From Eledone cirrhosa (Eukaryota): DNA of 64,000 nt. The notes below the pieces were generated by a model, which was given only the letters and a program-made list of their open reading frames with translations, did no database searches and was not told where the DNA came from. The DNA is taken from the NCBI GenBank assembly GCA_964016885.1, contig OZ024761.1, positions 28,024,001 to 28,088,000 of the forward strand. The letters are read 5' to 3'. Positions within the stretch are counted from its first letter, which is position 1. Every line of letters begins with the position of its first letter. This document shows positions 45,050-62,056 of the stretch, one piece after another. The translations under genes were made by a program, and so were the position numbers.

Positions 45050-45971
45050 TGTATGTATGTATGTATGTATGTATGTATGTATGTATGTATGTATGTCTGT
45101 CTGCATATAACTAGGTATGTGTGTATGTATGCGTGTGTGTGTCTATGTGTGTGTATGTATATTTGCTTGGTTTCCATTCAATGAATGCTGGTGTACAACA
45201 TTTCTACAGCTGAAAGATAAACGAGTTTGTCTCTTTATCAAAACTGTCAAAAATTTTGGCAATGAACGAAAACAGTCAAATGGAAAAAAGGAAAGCAGTA
45301 ACAAGTATCGTGAAGTAACTTGCTTGAGATGATAAGCAAACATAGGCAACTGTATATTGTGTAGGGTGGAGGAGAGTTTAAGGGAAATGGTGAGGCTTTC
45401 GGGCGCAAGGTTGTGTTTTATCTATATAGTTCAATATCTTGCATTTGGCGGTTTGCTGAGTTCGAACTAGAGGGGAATCGATTAGAAAAAGAAATCAAAT
45501 AGGACTCGAAATCTCTTTAATCATTGTCAGTTGAGGAATCCGGTCACTGATGAAAGGCATTGCGTACCGGAAATGACGTTTTTTCGGCTCCCAATAACTG
45601 GGTCCCTATTTTGAAATAAGATGTCTGTATATATTTGTGTTGTGGTCGTTTTTGCCTTTGTGCTAATATCGTAGTGTTGTTGTGTTTTCAGTATATATAT
45701 ATATGCCTGTGTGTGTGCTGTAATAGATCACCTACTGGGTACATCTTGGTGAACTACAGGATGCTGTTGACAAGTAGCAAATTAGTCTCTTTTTGTATCG
45801 GATTAGCCAAGTAGTCCTTCGTTTCTGTATAACCCGGTGTAAACAATCTGGTCGGATTTTTAGTGCGTGAATTATTATATAATTATATAATTATTATATC
45901 ATTTTAGTTAGTCTGAAACTATTGCCTCACTGAAAGTACCCGTGTTTCTAGCATTACCCATTATATATATG

Positions 45972-46054
<83 letters not shown>

Positions 46055-46136
46055 ATGTGTGTGTAGAAGTAGATGCACAACAGTTAGTTCACCATACCGA
46101 AAACAAATGTTTCGCCTTTATATATATATTTATATT

Positions 46137-46195
<59 letters not shown>

Positions 46196-46203
46196 TTATA
46201 TGT

Positions 46204-46245
<42 letters not shown>

Positions 46246-46685
46246 TTGTGTACAAAAGTTTTAAAGTTAATGAGTGTATTTAGCTGTTTGTGTGATCTTC
46301 TATTCTCTATTTTTCTACCTTTTCCCCCTTCTTCCTGTCACTTCTGAGGACAAACACACTTCTAGCCGCTGATTTCTATCCTTTGAGGTAAATTGTACCC
46401 GACGCTGTCATTGACTCCATTTTGCTTTTATAATAGCTTCCTTGGATTGAGTTCTTCCCAGTATTCTGTGAAATATATATATATATGTGTGTGTGTGTGT
46501 ATATGTATGTATATATATATATATATGTATGTATATATATATGTATGTATATGTGTATATATATATATATATGTATATATATGTGTATATATATGTGTAT
46601 ATATATATCTATATATATGTGTATATATATGTATATATATATGTATGTATATATATATATGTGTATATATATGCATCTCTCTCTC

Positions 46686-46834
<149 letters not shown>

Positions 46835-47179
46835 GTATACGAACGTGAGAGAGCGCGTGTGTACAATATTTTAGCAGGAAATATATGCATGAATATCAAA
46901 TAAGATAATGTAATATTATATTCATTTTAGTTTCAAAAGAGAATGGAAAACAAAATAAGTGTGCAGAGAGGCAAGTCGCTTTAATCAATGATATTTATCA
47001 ATAGAAGAATAAAGGAATCTGGAGATTTCCATATTAGATCAAGCAATACTTTATAAATCATGACAACATTATAAAAAAACCCACATATACGCTCAGTAGT
47101 TCTCTCCACATGAACGACATTTTGAATTTACAGACGTCATAGATTTCTCAAATCGTGGTTTGTCTTTCGTTGCATAAAT

Positions 47180-47612
47180 ACGGTTTCTTATATAGGCACA
47201 AGGGCAGCATATTTTAGAGGGAGGGAGAAGTCGATTCTATCGACCACAGTGTGTGACAGCTACTTTATTCTATCGACCCCTGTAAGGATAAAAGGCAAAG
47301 TTAACCTCGGCGGGATTTGAACTCAGAACGCAAAGGGCCATAACTCTATGGTGCGAAGCATATTGTCCGACACTCTACCAATACTGACAACCTCTGCTCT
47401 TTGTGGCTATAAATAATGGTTTCTTATATAGGCACAAGGACAGCATATTTTAGGGGGAGGGAAAAGTCGATTAAATCGACCCCAATGTGTGACTGGTACT
47501 TTATTTTATCGACCCCCGTAAGGATGAAGGCAATGTTAACCTCAGCGGGATTTGTTCTCAGATCATAAAGGGCCGTAACTCTATGCTGCAAAGCATGGCG
47601 TCCGACCATCTA
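47180..47612 (-). mobile_element. Two tandem long-tail SINEs
   Basis: 47180-47400 and 47415-47612, consensus core. Confidence 0.9.
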
Positions 47613-47876
47613 CAGATCAAGCAATACATTATAAGACATGACAACATTATAAAAAATCCTACAGATACGCTCAGTAGCTCTCTCCACATGAACGACATTT
47701 TGAATTTACAGATGTTATAGATTTGTCAAATCGTGGCTTGTCTTTGGTTGTGTAAATACGGTAACAAACACTGGCGGTTTAACAGTGAATCCTTTAGAAG
47801 GTTTTACGATCCGACTCACATCACACCCGGTAGTTTGTTTCATAGATTTATTAAATCGGGGCCAACCTTTGGTTAG

Positions 47877-48062
47877 ATAATTGTTTCTACTTTTGGCACA
47901 AGGCCAGCAATTACACCCAGTACATTACTGGTGCTTTATTTTATCGACCCCGTAAGGATGAAAGGCGAAGTTAACCTCGGCGAGATTTTAATTTAGAAAG
48001 TAAAGGGTCATAACTCTATGCTGCAATGCATGGTGTCTGACCCTCTACCGATACTGCTAATA
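47877..48062 (-). mobile_element. tRNA-derived SINE
   Basis: Consensus. Confidence 0.9.
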
Positions 48063-48395
48063 ACTGCTCTTCCTGGCTATACATAATAACAATGAAAGCA
48101 GCAACAACAATCACAGCAATAATATCACAGCAATAATGACAATGTCAACAACAACAATCAATACTAGTTACAATAATCAATATCATTAAACTAAGAATAG
48201 GTTTTCTGAAAGTCTCAGCTTCTAATAAATTATTTAATATATACACAACACTTTTCGTTAAATGTAATTTTATCCAGCTTTTAAATACACACGCACGCGC
48301 GCACACACACACACACAATAAAATATAATGTAATATATATTTAATTCGTATATATAATATATTTCTATACACGTGTCTATATATGTGTCTATATA

Positions 48396-48506
<111 letters not shown>

Positions 48507-48772
48507 GAATATATACATGTTTATATATACATATATATATATACATGTATATATATATATGTGTATATATATACATATATGTATATATATATATGTGTGT
48601 ATATATATATATATGTATATATATATGTATATATATACATATATATATATATAATGTATGTGTATATGTATACACGTGCATTATATATGTATATATTATA
48701 TAATGTATATATATATATGTGTGTATATATATATATATACTTATATATATAATGTATATATATATATATATA

Positions 48773-48846
<74 letters not shown>

Positions 48847-48914
48847 ATATATATATACTTATATATATATATATATAATGTATATATGTATATATATGTA
48901 TATATATTTATATT

Positions 48915-49013
<99 letters not shown>

Positions 49014-49079
49014 ATATATATATACTTATATATATATATATAATGTATATATGTATATATATGTATATATATTTATATT

Positions 49080-49134
<55 letters not shown>

Positions 49135-49527
49135 GAGTGGTGCATAAATGTATTAAATCCATTGTTCATGATTGTATTAGTGAAATGCGAATTGAAGTTT
49201 TTCCATTTTGATTAAAAACAAAAAAAAAACACAACAATATGAAAATCACAACAAAAAGCTAAACAACGGAGCAAACAGGATGTCTCCGGTAATAAAGATG
49301 ATAAAAGATAAATAATAGCGACCACCTGGTGCTTATCATCTATATATAGTCTTTAGAACAGCACGTTTCACTTAATGTTAATGTAAACATGTCTAGATAA
49401 TTGTTATCTATCTTCAAATATACCTGTTGTGTAGTTCAGAGGTTTGCCTTGTTATCATCTCGGTCTCCTCGGTTCGAACCACGTCTGTGTGTGTGTGTGT
49501 GTGGCATAAACCTTTTGAGCAAGAGGC

Positions 49528-49569
<42 letters not shown>

Positions 49570-49655
49570 TGTAATATGTCTTTGTATCTTCTGGTTAGCT
49601 AATATGATATATTTCATGCGGATTTTGGGTAGGCCGTAATGTGCAAACACTCGTC

Positions 49656-49753
<98 letters not shown>

Positions 49754-49778
49754 GTAAAATCTGCTTCGTAGAATCAAG

Positions 49779-49871
49779 ACGTATCTGAGTATCTTCGATT
49801 TTAAGAGTCAGTTTCGATGATCGCATCGATCCTGCTTCGAGCTGGTCGCCAGAGAAACGATTGTAATATGT
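49779..49871 (+). ncRNA. Hammerhead motif related to family D (G8U)
   Basis: ACGUAU-CUGAGUA-UCU...AGA-GAAA-CGAUUG-UA/AUAUGU then AATAAA. Confidence 0.6.
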
Positions 49872-49934
49872 CCAATAAATTCCATTCGTCGCAACACTGA
49901 TTCTCTTTGTATTGGAATGATCATTCCAATACAA

Positions 49935-50051
49935 AGGTCTGACGACATGGTGTGTTTGCTTGCACTGTATCTTCGGTTTATGATAATATTTTTATATTAT
50001 TCAAATAGCGAGGTATAGGTAACCCATACACTATAGAAACAATTGTTACCT
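49935..50051 (+). ncRNA. Hammerhead with ~90-nt stem II (family E)
   Basis: AGGU-CUGACGA-CAUGGUGUGU...AUACACUAUAG-GAAA-like core-CAAUUG-UU/ACCU. Confidence 0.75.
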
Positions 50052-50095
50052 AATAAATTCTTTATACCCGCATTTCCGTTTCATAAACTTCTTCT

Positions 50096-50900
<805 letters not shown>

Positions 50901-50912
50901 ATATATATATAT

Positions 50913-51068
50913 AATAATTGTTTCTACTTTCATCCCAGTGTATTACTGGTGATTTAATTCATCGACCCCGTAAGGGGAAAAGACAAAGTTAACCTCGGCG
51001 GCATTTGAACTCAGGCCGCAACTCTTTGCTGCAAAGCATGGCGTCTAACCCTCTACCGATACTGCCAA
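50913..51068 (-). mobile_element. tRNA-derived SINE
   Basis: Consensus. Confidence 0.85.
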
Positions 51069-51513
51069 AAGGACGAATGGTTACCCCTTCATTACGTTTA
51101 TTGGTATATACTGATCTGCTCAAGGTTCGATCTGTATCGATCTGGTCCGCCTCTGGAATCAAAAGCTCGTCGGGCGCGTGCTGTGGTAATGACAGAATTA
51201 CACTCTGTCTAGCTCTACACCTCGATACTGACATGAACCTAAACATAGAGTGCTCACCCGGGTGAACCTACAATAACTCCGAGTTACACTCCCTGGATAT
51301 ATATATATAGACAGAAAAAATTAAACGAAATTTCATTTCTCACTCTTAGTACAGCTGTTACTTAAATATAAATATATATACGTATATACATATATGTATA
51401 CAGACGTACAGTAGACACTGAACGGCTTAATTCGGGATGTTTGTTTACAAACACACCGAGCATTATCATAAATGTTCGGTGAATCCATACGTACATATAT
51501 ATATGTGTGCATG

Positions 51514-51559
<46 letters not shown>

Positions 51560-51655
51560 CTACTGTACGTCTGTATACATATATGTATCTACGTATACAT
51601 ACTGATATATATATATACATATATATACATATATATACACACATGTATATATATA

Positions 51656-51706
<51 letters not shown>

Positions 51707-51852
51707 GTTATTCCGGGTTGAATCGGAGGTAACCACAGTAAGTAAGGTACTCAATACATAGCAGAGTATAACAGTTTTAATATAGATGAGATTCTACAGG
51801 ACTAGAACTGTTTCATTAATTAGAAATCATCAGGAATATATATATATATATA

Positions 51853-51944
<92 letters not shown>

Positions 51945-51989
51945 GTGACGAAACATAACTCAATTGCATGAACTCATAATCCTTTATTT

Positions 51990-52045
51990 ACTGCTATATA
52001 TATTTCGATGATAGCCATTGAATGGCTATGACCTCATCAGGCAGT
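51990..52045 (-). ncRNA. Type I hammerhead, canonical and intact (family B)
   Basis: Minus: ACUGC-CUGAUGA-GGU-C-AUAGCCAUU-c-AAUGGCUAU-C-AUC-GAAA-UAUAUA-UA/GCAGU. Confidence 0.88.
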
Positions 52046-52127
52046 TAGTCAGTTCTTAGATATGCCAGCTCTGTGTTTATAGTGTCGATGGTATCAGAGC
52101 CTTGGGACATATGATATTAAATAATGG

Positions 52128-52220
<93 letters not shown>

Positions 52221-52225
<5 letters not shown>

Positions 52226-52386
52226 GACGCCATGATTTGACGCATAGAGTTACGGCTCTTGCCATTCTGAGTTCAAATCCCGCCAGTGTTAACTTTACCT
52301 TTCATCCTTACGGGGTCGAAAAAATAAAGTACCAGTAATACCCTGGAGTAATTGCTGGCCTTGTGCCAAAAGTAGAAACAATTATT
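52221..52386 (+). mobile_element. tRNA-derived SINE, 5'-truncated
   Basis: Consensus B box, core and tail. Confidence 0.88.
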
Positions 52387-52700
52387 TAATATCATTTTCG
52401 TTATTTTCTATATTAAATAATATATTCAGTAGCTTATTACTGTGGTTACCCCCGATTTAAATGATATATATAGTCATTGTACCGTTCTTCTTTCCTTTTA
52501 TTCGTTTCATTTTCACCAAGATACTCTTGGAAAGACCAAATGAGGTTTATATTTCCAGTCCCTGCAAAGAAAGAAATCAATTATTAATAAGAAGAGTTGA
52601 AAGTAATGCATAAGATTGCAGAACTCTAGGATCACTCCTTCATAGTCAGACTATGAACTGTACAGTCGACCCTCATATATACTTGTACACACACACTTGC

Positions 52701-52735
<35 letters not shown>

Positions 52736-52754
52736 GTATATATAACTTCGACGG

Positions 52755-52866
52755 GAGTTCAAATGTCGACGAGTTTAACTTTGCCTTTCATCATTAAAGG
52801 TCGATGAAATAAAGCACCAGTAATGCAGTGGGGTAATTGCTGGCCTTGTTCCAAAAGTAGAAACAA

Positions 52867-52870
<4 letters not shown>
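52755..52870 (+). mobile_element. SINE fragment
   Basis: Consensus core and tail. Confidence 0.8.
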
Positions 52871-52912
<42 letters not shown>

Positions 52913-52954
52913 CACACACGCACACACACGCATATATATGTATATGTGTATATG

Positions 52955-52998
<44 letters not shown>

Positions 52999-53054
52999 TA
53001 TATACATATATATATATACTATAAACATATATATATACATATATACATATATAC

Positions 53055-53103
<49 letters not shown>

Positions 53104-53119
53104 CAGACATATATATATA

Positions 53120-53159
<40 letters not shown>

Positions 53160-53174
53160 TATACATATATATAT

Positions 53175-53302
<128 letters not shown>

Positions 53303-54177
53303 TGTCCTCATCATGTCATGCCTTCGTATTAGACATTTAAAATATTCATTTAATTATTCTAGAATAAATTTCGACGCCAAATTTGAAGCAGTGAATTCTT
53401 AATTATAAAACTAGTTCTATTGGAATAGTAGCGTTACATGAGACGAAATGAAGGAATTATGGATATTAACCAACCCACCTAGAGGAAAAATGTGATTGAT
53501 CTGACTGCAGATTATCATTAAACAATTTTTGATTATACAAATCCATCTGGCAAATTCTAAACACTTTTCCTTCATTTTCTTGTGTAATTCATTGCCGCAA
53601 TGTAAGTTTGCATGCCGGCCATCCATATGAATAGCGCAATCAGCATATAGTTTATGTATATCGGATGCTACAAACTCAATGTTCAGAGCTGGAACTCGCA
53701 TTGCTATTTATATTTGAAGTTTTGCACAACTTTCGATGTTTCCTTACCGTTTCTATTTTAGTTCTTCTTCATTTCTTTTTTTATATTTCTATTCCTATCT
53801 CTATCTTTATCTTCTACAAGAGACGGTCGATCATTTCTTGAGGCATCATGAATGTCTTTGTCCTTGGTTTGTTGTTGTTATTTTACGGCGTTTATTTTTT
53901 TCTAATTTATTTCTTTTGGGATTCTTTATGAGCGTTCTGAGATCTTTTGATGTAAACGTGCTTCAGCGTAGACAATGTTGGGCTTTGTATGTCACGTGAT
54001 ATCGCTGTTGCAGTTTCGCTATTATTTATTTATTTTTATTTATTTTTATTTATTTTTATTTTTATTTATATATTTTTTTAGGTTTTCTTCTTTACCGAAT
54101 CATTTTAATGCTTCTTGTCTGGTGCATGAATTAATTCTCAAAATGGATTTTTTAAATGCATGAAATATAAATCCAAG

Positions 54178-54492
54178 GCAATGCCATATCATGACCGCCA
54201 GTCTAATCAATGCCCTGTCATGGCCGCCAGTCTATCCAATGCCATGTCATGGTCGCTGTCTTATCAATGCCCCGTCATGACCACAGTCTAATCAATGGCA
54301 TGTCATGGCTGCATTCTCATCAATGCCCTCTCACGGCCGCTAGTCTAAACAATGCCCTGTCATGGCTGCATTCTCATCAATGACCTCTCACGGCCGCTAG
54401 TCTAAACAATGCCCTGTCATGGCTGCATTCTAAACAATGGCCTCTCATGGCTGCATTCTCAAGATTGCCTGTCATGGACGCAGTCTAATGAC
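54178..54492. repeat. ~29 bp minisatellite (caatgccctgtcatggctgcattctcat)n
   Basis: About 11 diverged tandem units. Confidence 0.9.
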
Positions 54493-54976
54493 TGAAAGCA
54501 GTAAAAGAAGAACACAACCCGCTTTTTATCATAATGGAGTCACAGCAAATTTTATACCGAGAAAATAAATGTTTACACTTCCCACACACTGCTATCGGTA
54601 TGGAGTTCGTTACACGGAGGAGTAAGCCATTGTTATTTCAACGAGTCTCTCTTGCTATCATGAGGAGTTGTACGTTTTCCATTCTATAATGGTTGTGACA
54701 CCGTGGTATTGTGCGCATGAGGTTATGAGGTTATGAGGTTATGAGGTTATGAGGTTCTGCTCTGCCCGCCAGAGGGTGATTCTCCCTCACGGTCCGGGCA
54801 TTAATCATTGAGGTAGCAATAGACTCTATCGCTAGTATCTATATTTGTCCACACACACAGCACACACACGCAGCAAAAGCCCTAATTAGCTACAAAGCAT
54901 TCAGTTAAAATTTGAATGTCGTAAATACCACTATTTAAACATCTACAACATCTAGAAACACTCTATCCCCCCTCCC

Positions 54977-56752
<1,776 letters not shown>

Positions 56753-56989
56753 TTTTGTTTAACCCGTTTAGCTTGTTCGCTTTTTTGGTTATGGTGGTTA
56801 ATGGCTTCTTAACCATCGTCTCAGCGTGTATGACCATTTTAACTTATGTTTATAGCTCTGGTATCATCTTCTTCATATCCATTGAGCGCTTGTCTGCACA
56901 ATACGGAAGTTGCGTTTCGTTAATTTCTACCCGCCGAAATACGATTCTCGCTAAATTCATATTTATATATATATTTATATATATATATA

Positions 56990-57386
56990 CATATTAAAAA
57001 ACAAATATTAATAAAATAGATCAATTAAATTTTATTATACATATTTCAGAGGTACAACAGTACGTCCTCATCAGACGAAATATAATGATACATGACATAC
57101 CCTGAGATGTTAAATGGTTAAGATTTAATCAACTACCTTGATTAAATCTTAACCATTTAACATCTCAGGGTATGTCATGTATAATTATATTTTATCTGAT
57201 GAGGACGTACTGTTGTACCTCTGAAATATGTATAATAAAATTTCATTGATCAAAAGAATATCTATTTTATTAATATTTGTATTTTAATATTAATAACTCT
57301 GGAAAATTAATACTGTAGAGTCCTTCCAATCTACTGTAAAACTCATTCTTTGATGTACTCATTGAATCTTGTTTAACTCTTTAATA
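56990..57386. mobile_element. Fold-back module with two hammerheads (57031-57079 minus, 57190-57240 plus)
   Basis: UUUUAU-CUGAUGA-GGAC-GUAC-uguu-GUAC-CUCU-GAAA-UAUGUA-UA/AUAAAA; ~140 bp arms with a ~5 nt loop at ~57133. Confidence 0.88.
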
Positions 57387-57399
57387 TATATATATATAT

Positions 57400-57466
<67 letters not shown>

Positions 57467-57832
57467 ATATGTATATATATATATGTGTGTGTGTGTGTGT
57501 GCGTGTGTATATACATACATAGACACACACGTACTCAACTGATCTGTCTCTCCTGATATATATTATCTATCGTATAAAACAATACAGAAACTCCCAACAT
57601 GACTAGGAAACCTTTCAATGTACATTTAGAATATATTCCTATAGAAATCCTACAGGAATATAAAATGGACAATAGAATAGAAACTATTTCGGGACTGTTG
57701 GCTTCCAGAAAGAACAGTCAAGAGTATTAGCTCGTTATTTATATGTATGTATATATATATATATATATGTATATATATGCATACATATATATATATATGT
57801 ATGTATATACATATATATATGTATATATATGT

Positions 57833-57896
<64 letters not shown>

Positions 57897-57926
57897 ATAC
57901 ATAATATATGTATATCTAATGTCTAC

Positions 57927-58176
57927 AGTCTGTCTTAAGCCAGAAGGCTCATTTGGCCGGTGCTTATCCCGGTTTCATGGCGTGAAGCGACTGAGGGTAC
58001 AAGACTTCCTCCTGGACAGGACGCCAGGTATTGCTGGTACTCGTTTTCAACTGAGTATACTGGAGCAACGTGAAATGAAGTGTTTTGCTCAACAACACAA
58101 CACGCAACCCAGGATCCGAATCCACGACATTATGATCGTAAGTCCAACACTCTTACCACTAGGCTACGTGCCTCCA
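57927..58176 (-). mobile_element. CORE-like tRNA-derived SINE, near full length
   Basis: Minus: ggaggcacgtagcctagtggtaagagtgttggac...ggattcggatcc...gttgttgagcaaaacacttcatttcacgttgctcc. Confidence 0.85.
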
Positions 58177-58181
58177 AATAT

Positions 58182-58215
<34 letters not shown>

Positions 58216-58221
58216 TTATAT

Positions 58222-58520
58222 ATTGTTATACTTGGGGAGGGTCATATTTGTGTAATATTGCCAGAATTAATAACAGAACACACTCATTGTTTTGTTGTTT
58301 TTCGCTTCTGTGTCTTTTATATCGGTAATCTAACTTACTCGGTCCTCAATGTTGCCATTGACTGACCGACGGTCAAAAATAATACAGATACAATATAGAC
58401 ACAAACACATATATATAGTTTATCATAAATTTTTCGTTGCACATCTGCAACATCGTCAGTGGTGCTATCTTTTCCTCCTGTTGTATTGTATGTCTACGCC
58501 ATTTTTATTCAGTCTGTCTA
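58222..58520 (-). mobile_element. Copy of the 4100-4403 pLTR-like module with HHR motif at ~58422-58463
   Basis: Near-identical reverse complement. Confidence 0.75.
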
Positions 58521-58521
58521 T

Positions 58522-58649
<128 letters not shown>

Positions 58650-58841
58650 AATTTGTTGCTGTTTTATTTTATGTTTTTTTCTTGTTCTTTGTTTTTATTA
58701 CGCTTCAAATTTGCATAAATTCCAAATTGGAAGCAAAGGGGTGTTTGTTTGAGTGTTTATAGGTTTGTTTGTTTTCTTTGAAATTATTATTCGTGTGTGT
58801 TAGTTCGTATCCAAGTGTTTGTTTTACACACACACACAGAC

Positions 58842-58898
<57 letters not shown>

Positions 58899-59046
58899 TT
58901 TTTTTTTTTTTGTTTTTCTTCCTCCAATATGGCTGACTGTATACCTGCATGCCAGCCTAAACCCATCTACTCACTTACCCAGCAAATAATCAGGTCCTTC
59001 CTATTCTTAATCTCTATCGTTCTATTTCATGTTATTTCTCATTTCC

Positions 59047-59080
59047 TTTTCTGATGAAGGACTAATGTCCGAAACGAAAT
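59047..59080 (+). ncRNA. Minimal hammerhead motif, cleavage triplet apparently lost
   Basis: UUU-CUGAUGA-A-GGAC-uaau-GUCC-GAAA-CG-AAA. Confidence 0.55.
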
Positions 59081-59166
59081 TATTCTTTTCCTAATATATC
59101 AAGCATTAAACTAACATATTTCTGCGTTGTACAGTGTTGTTGGCTTTCTTGTCCCCTTTTACTTGT

Positions 59167-59234
<68 letters not shown>

Positions 59235-59312
59235 TGCACATACAGACACATATACGCACACACAAACACACAAACACACATATATATATGTGTATATATA
59301 TGTATACTTATA

Positions 59313-59360
<48 letters not shown>

Positions 59361-59382
59361 CATATATATGTACATATATATT

Positions 59383-59454
<72 letters not shown>

Positions 59455-59612
59455 TGTATATATATGATATATATACATATGTGTGTGAGTGTGTGTATGT
59501 ATGAGGAATAATGACGATTTAAATTAAATAATTTAATTGAATAAAGATCGTTTTCTTAGCATAACTGCAATATCCATTCCTGTTATAATTATGTCATCAG
59601 GAAGTATTACAT

Positions 59613-59817
59613 ACAACACCGACAACAACAACAACATCACCACCAACAACAACATCACCAACACTTACACCAACAACACCGCCACCACCACCAACAACAA
59701 CAACAGCACCACCGCCACCAACAACAACAACAACAGCACCACCGCCACCACCACCAACAACAACAGCACCACCACCACCACAACAACAACCACCCCAGAA
59801 TCAACAGCAACGACAAC

Positions 59818-59849
<32 letters not shown>

Positions 59850-60275
59850 CACCGCCACCACCAGCAACAACAGCATCATCACCACCACCAACAACAACAG
59901 CAACAACAGCACCACCGGCACCACTAACAACAACAGCACCACCACCAACAACAACAACACCGCCGCCACCACCAACAACAACAGCACCACCAACAACAAC
60001 AACACTGCCACGACCACCAACAACAACAGCAACAACAGCACTACCGCCACTACCAACAACAACGGCAGCACCACCATCACCACCACCAACAACAACACCG
60101 CCACTACCACCAACAACCACACCGCCACCACCACCAACAACAAAAGCAACAACAACACCACCGCCACTACCAACAACAACACCCCACCACCAACAACAAC
60201 AATAGCACCACCGCCACCACCAACAACAACACCCCACCACCAACAACAACACCGCCACCACCAACAACAACAGCG
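59613..60275. repeat. (CAA/CCA)n low-complexity tract
   Basis: Direct. Confidence 0.9.
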
Positions 60276-60324
60276 AGAATGATGCCTGTGGTGATGACGT
60301 TTATGGCAGTGACGATGGCAATAA

Positions 60325-60735
60325 ATGGTGGCGATAATAAGAATAGCAGTGATGGCGATAACAACTGATATCAATGATGGCGATAATAAGAATAGCAGTG
60401 ATGGTGATAACAAGTGATAGCAATGATGGCGATGATAAGAATAGCAGTGATGGTGATAACAACTGATAGCAATGATGGCGATAATAAGAATAGCAGTGAT
60501 GGTGATAACAACTGATAGCAATGATGGCGATAATAAGAATAGCAGTGATGGTGATAACAACTGATAGCAATGATGGCGATGATAAGAATAGCAGTGATGG
60601 CGATAACAACTGATATCAATGATGGCGATGATAAGAATAGCAGTGATGGTGATAACAACTGATAGCAATGATGGCGATGATAAGAATAGCAGTGATGGTG
60701 ATAACAAGTGATAGCAATGATGGCGATGATAACAA
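60325..60735. repeat. 49-bp minisatellite
   Basis: gcaatgatggcgataataagaatagcagtgatggtgataacaactgata, about 8 copies. Confidence 0.92.
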
Positions 60736-60794
60736 TGATGATGAAAATGATTTGTGATGACGACGAGACGAAAAGGATGACAAAGATGACGATA

Positions 60795-61175
60795 TTTTTT
60801 GCACAAGGCCAGCAAATTACCCAGTGTATTACTGGTACTTTATTTTATCGACCCCGTAAGGATGAAATGCAAAGTTAACCTCGGCGGGATTTGAACTCAG
60901 AATGGCAAGGGCCGTAACTCTATGCGTCAAAACATGGCGTCCGACCCTCTACCGATACTGCCAATCCACCGCCAACGATGATGATAATAATTGTTTCTAT
61001 TTTTGGCACAAGGCCAGCAATTATCCAAGTGCATTACTGGTACTTTATTTTATCGACCCTGTAAAGATGAAAGGCAAAGTTAACCTTGGCTGGGATTTGA
61101 ACTCACACCATAAAGGGACGTAACTCTATGCTGCAAACAAAGCATGGCGTCTGACCCTCTACCAAAACTGCCAAT
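60795..61175 (-). mobile_element. Two tandem tRNA-derived SINEs
   Basis: 60795-60973 and 60985-61175, consensus. Confidence 0.9.
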
Positions 61176-61262
61176 GACGATAATAATGGCGATGATGATG
61201 ATGATGATGATGACATTGGCGATGGTGAGGAACAGGATGAAAAAAATAATGATAGCGATGGC

Positions 61263-61294
<32 letters not shown>

Positions 61295-61781
61295 TGATGG
61301 CGACGATGGCGATGATGACGATGACGATAAATGATGACGATGACGATGACGATGACGATGATGATGGCGATGATGACGATGACGATAAATGATGACGATG
61401 GTGAAGAACAGGATGACAAATATAACGATGACGATGACAATGACGACGATGATGTCGAAGATAAGGACAGCGATGACTATGATGATGATGATGATGATTA
61501 GGATGATTAGGATGATGATGATGATGATGATGATGACGATGATGATTAGGATGATGATGATGATGATGATTAGGATGATGATGATGATGATGATGATGAC
61601 GATGATGATTAGGATGATGATGATGATGATGATGATGACGATGATGATTAGGATGATGATGATGATGATGATTAGGATGATGATGATGATGATGATGATG
61701 ATTAGGATGATGATGATGATGATGATGATGACGATGATGATTAGGATGATGATGATGATGATGATGATGATTAGGATGATG

Positions 61782-61835
<54 letters not shown>

Positions 61836-61925
61836 AAGATGATGGTGATGATGATGATGATGACGATGATGATTAGGATGATGATGATGATGATGATGAT
61901 GATTAGGATGATGATGATGATGGTA
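61176..61925. repeat. (GAT)n tract with gattag interruptions
   Basis: Direct. Confidence 0.92.
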
Positions 61926-62056
61926 GCGATAATAGTGTGGCTGAATACAAATCATAACAATTGATGGCAATTTATGTCATCAAAGTGATAAATGGCGACA
62001 ACTCTTTGGTCATTGATAGAAAGAGGAAAGATAACAGAAAGAAGATTGAAAAAGAG

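Noticed and set aside
45544-45579. Further HHR-like remnants (also ~20600-20642, 25348-25382, 29588-29630, 30938-30975, 41497-41545, 51805-51836)
   Set aside because: Missing stem III, stem I or core bases; too degenerate to call individually
53417-53701. 94-aa ORF in unique sequence (also 3620-3910)
   Set aside because: No recognisable domain or splice context; length within chance
54716-54756. Telomere-like TTATGAGG repeat
   Set aside because: Only five units and not TTAGGG
59537-61970. Mucin-like, poly-His and poly-Met ORFs
   Set aside because: Triplet and 49-bp repeats interrupted by SINEs; no domain evidence
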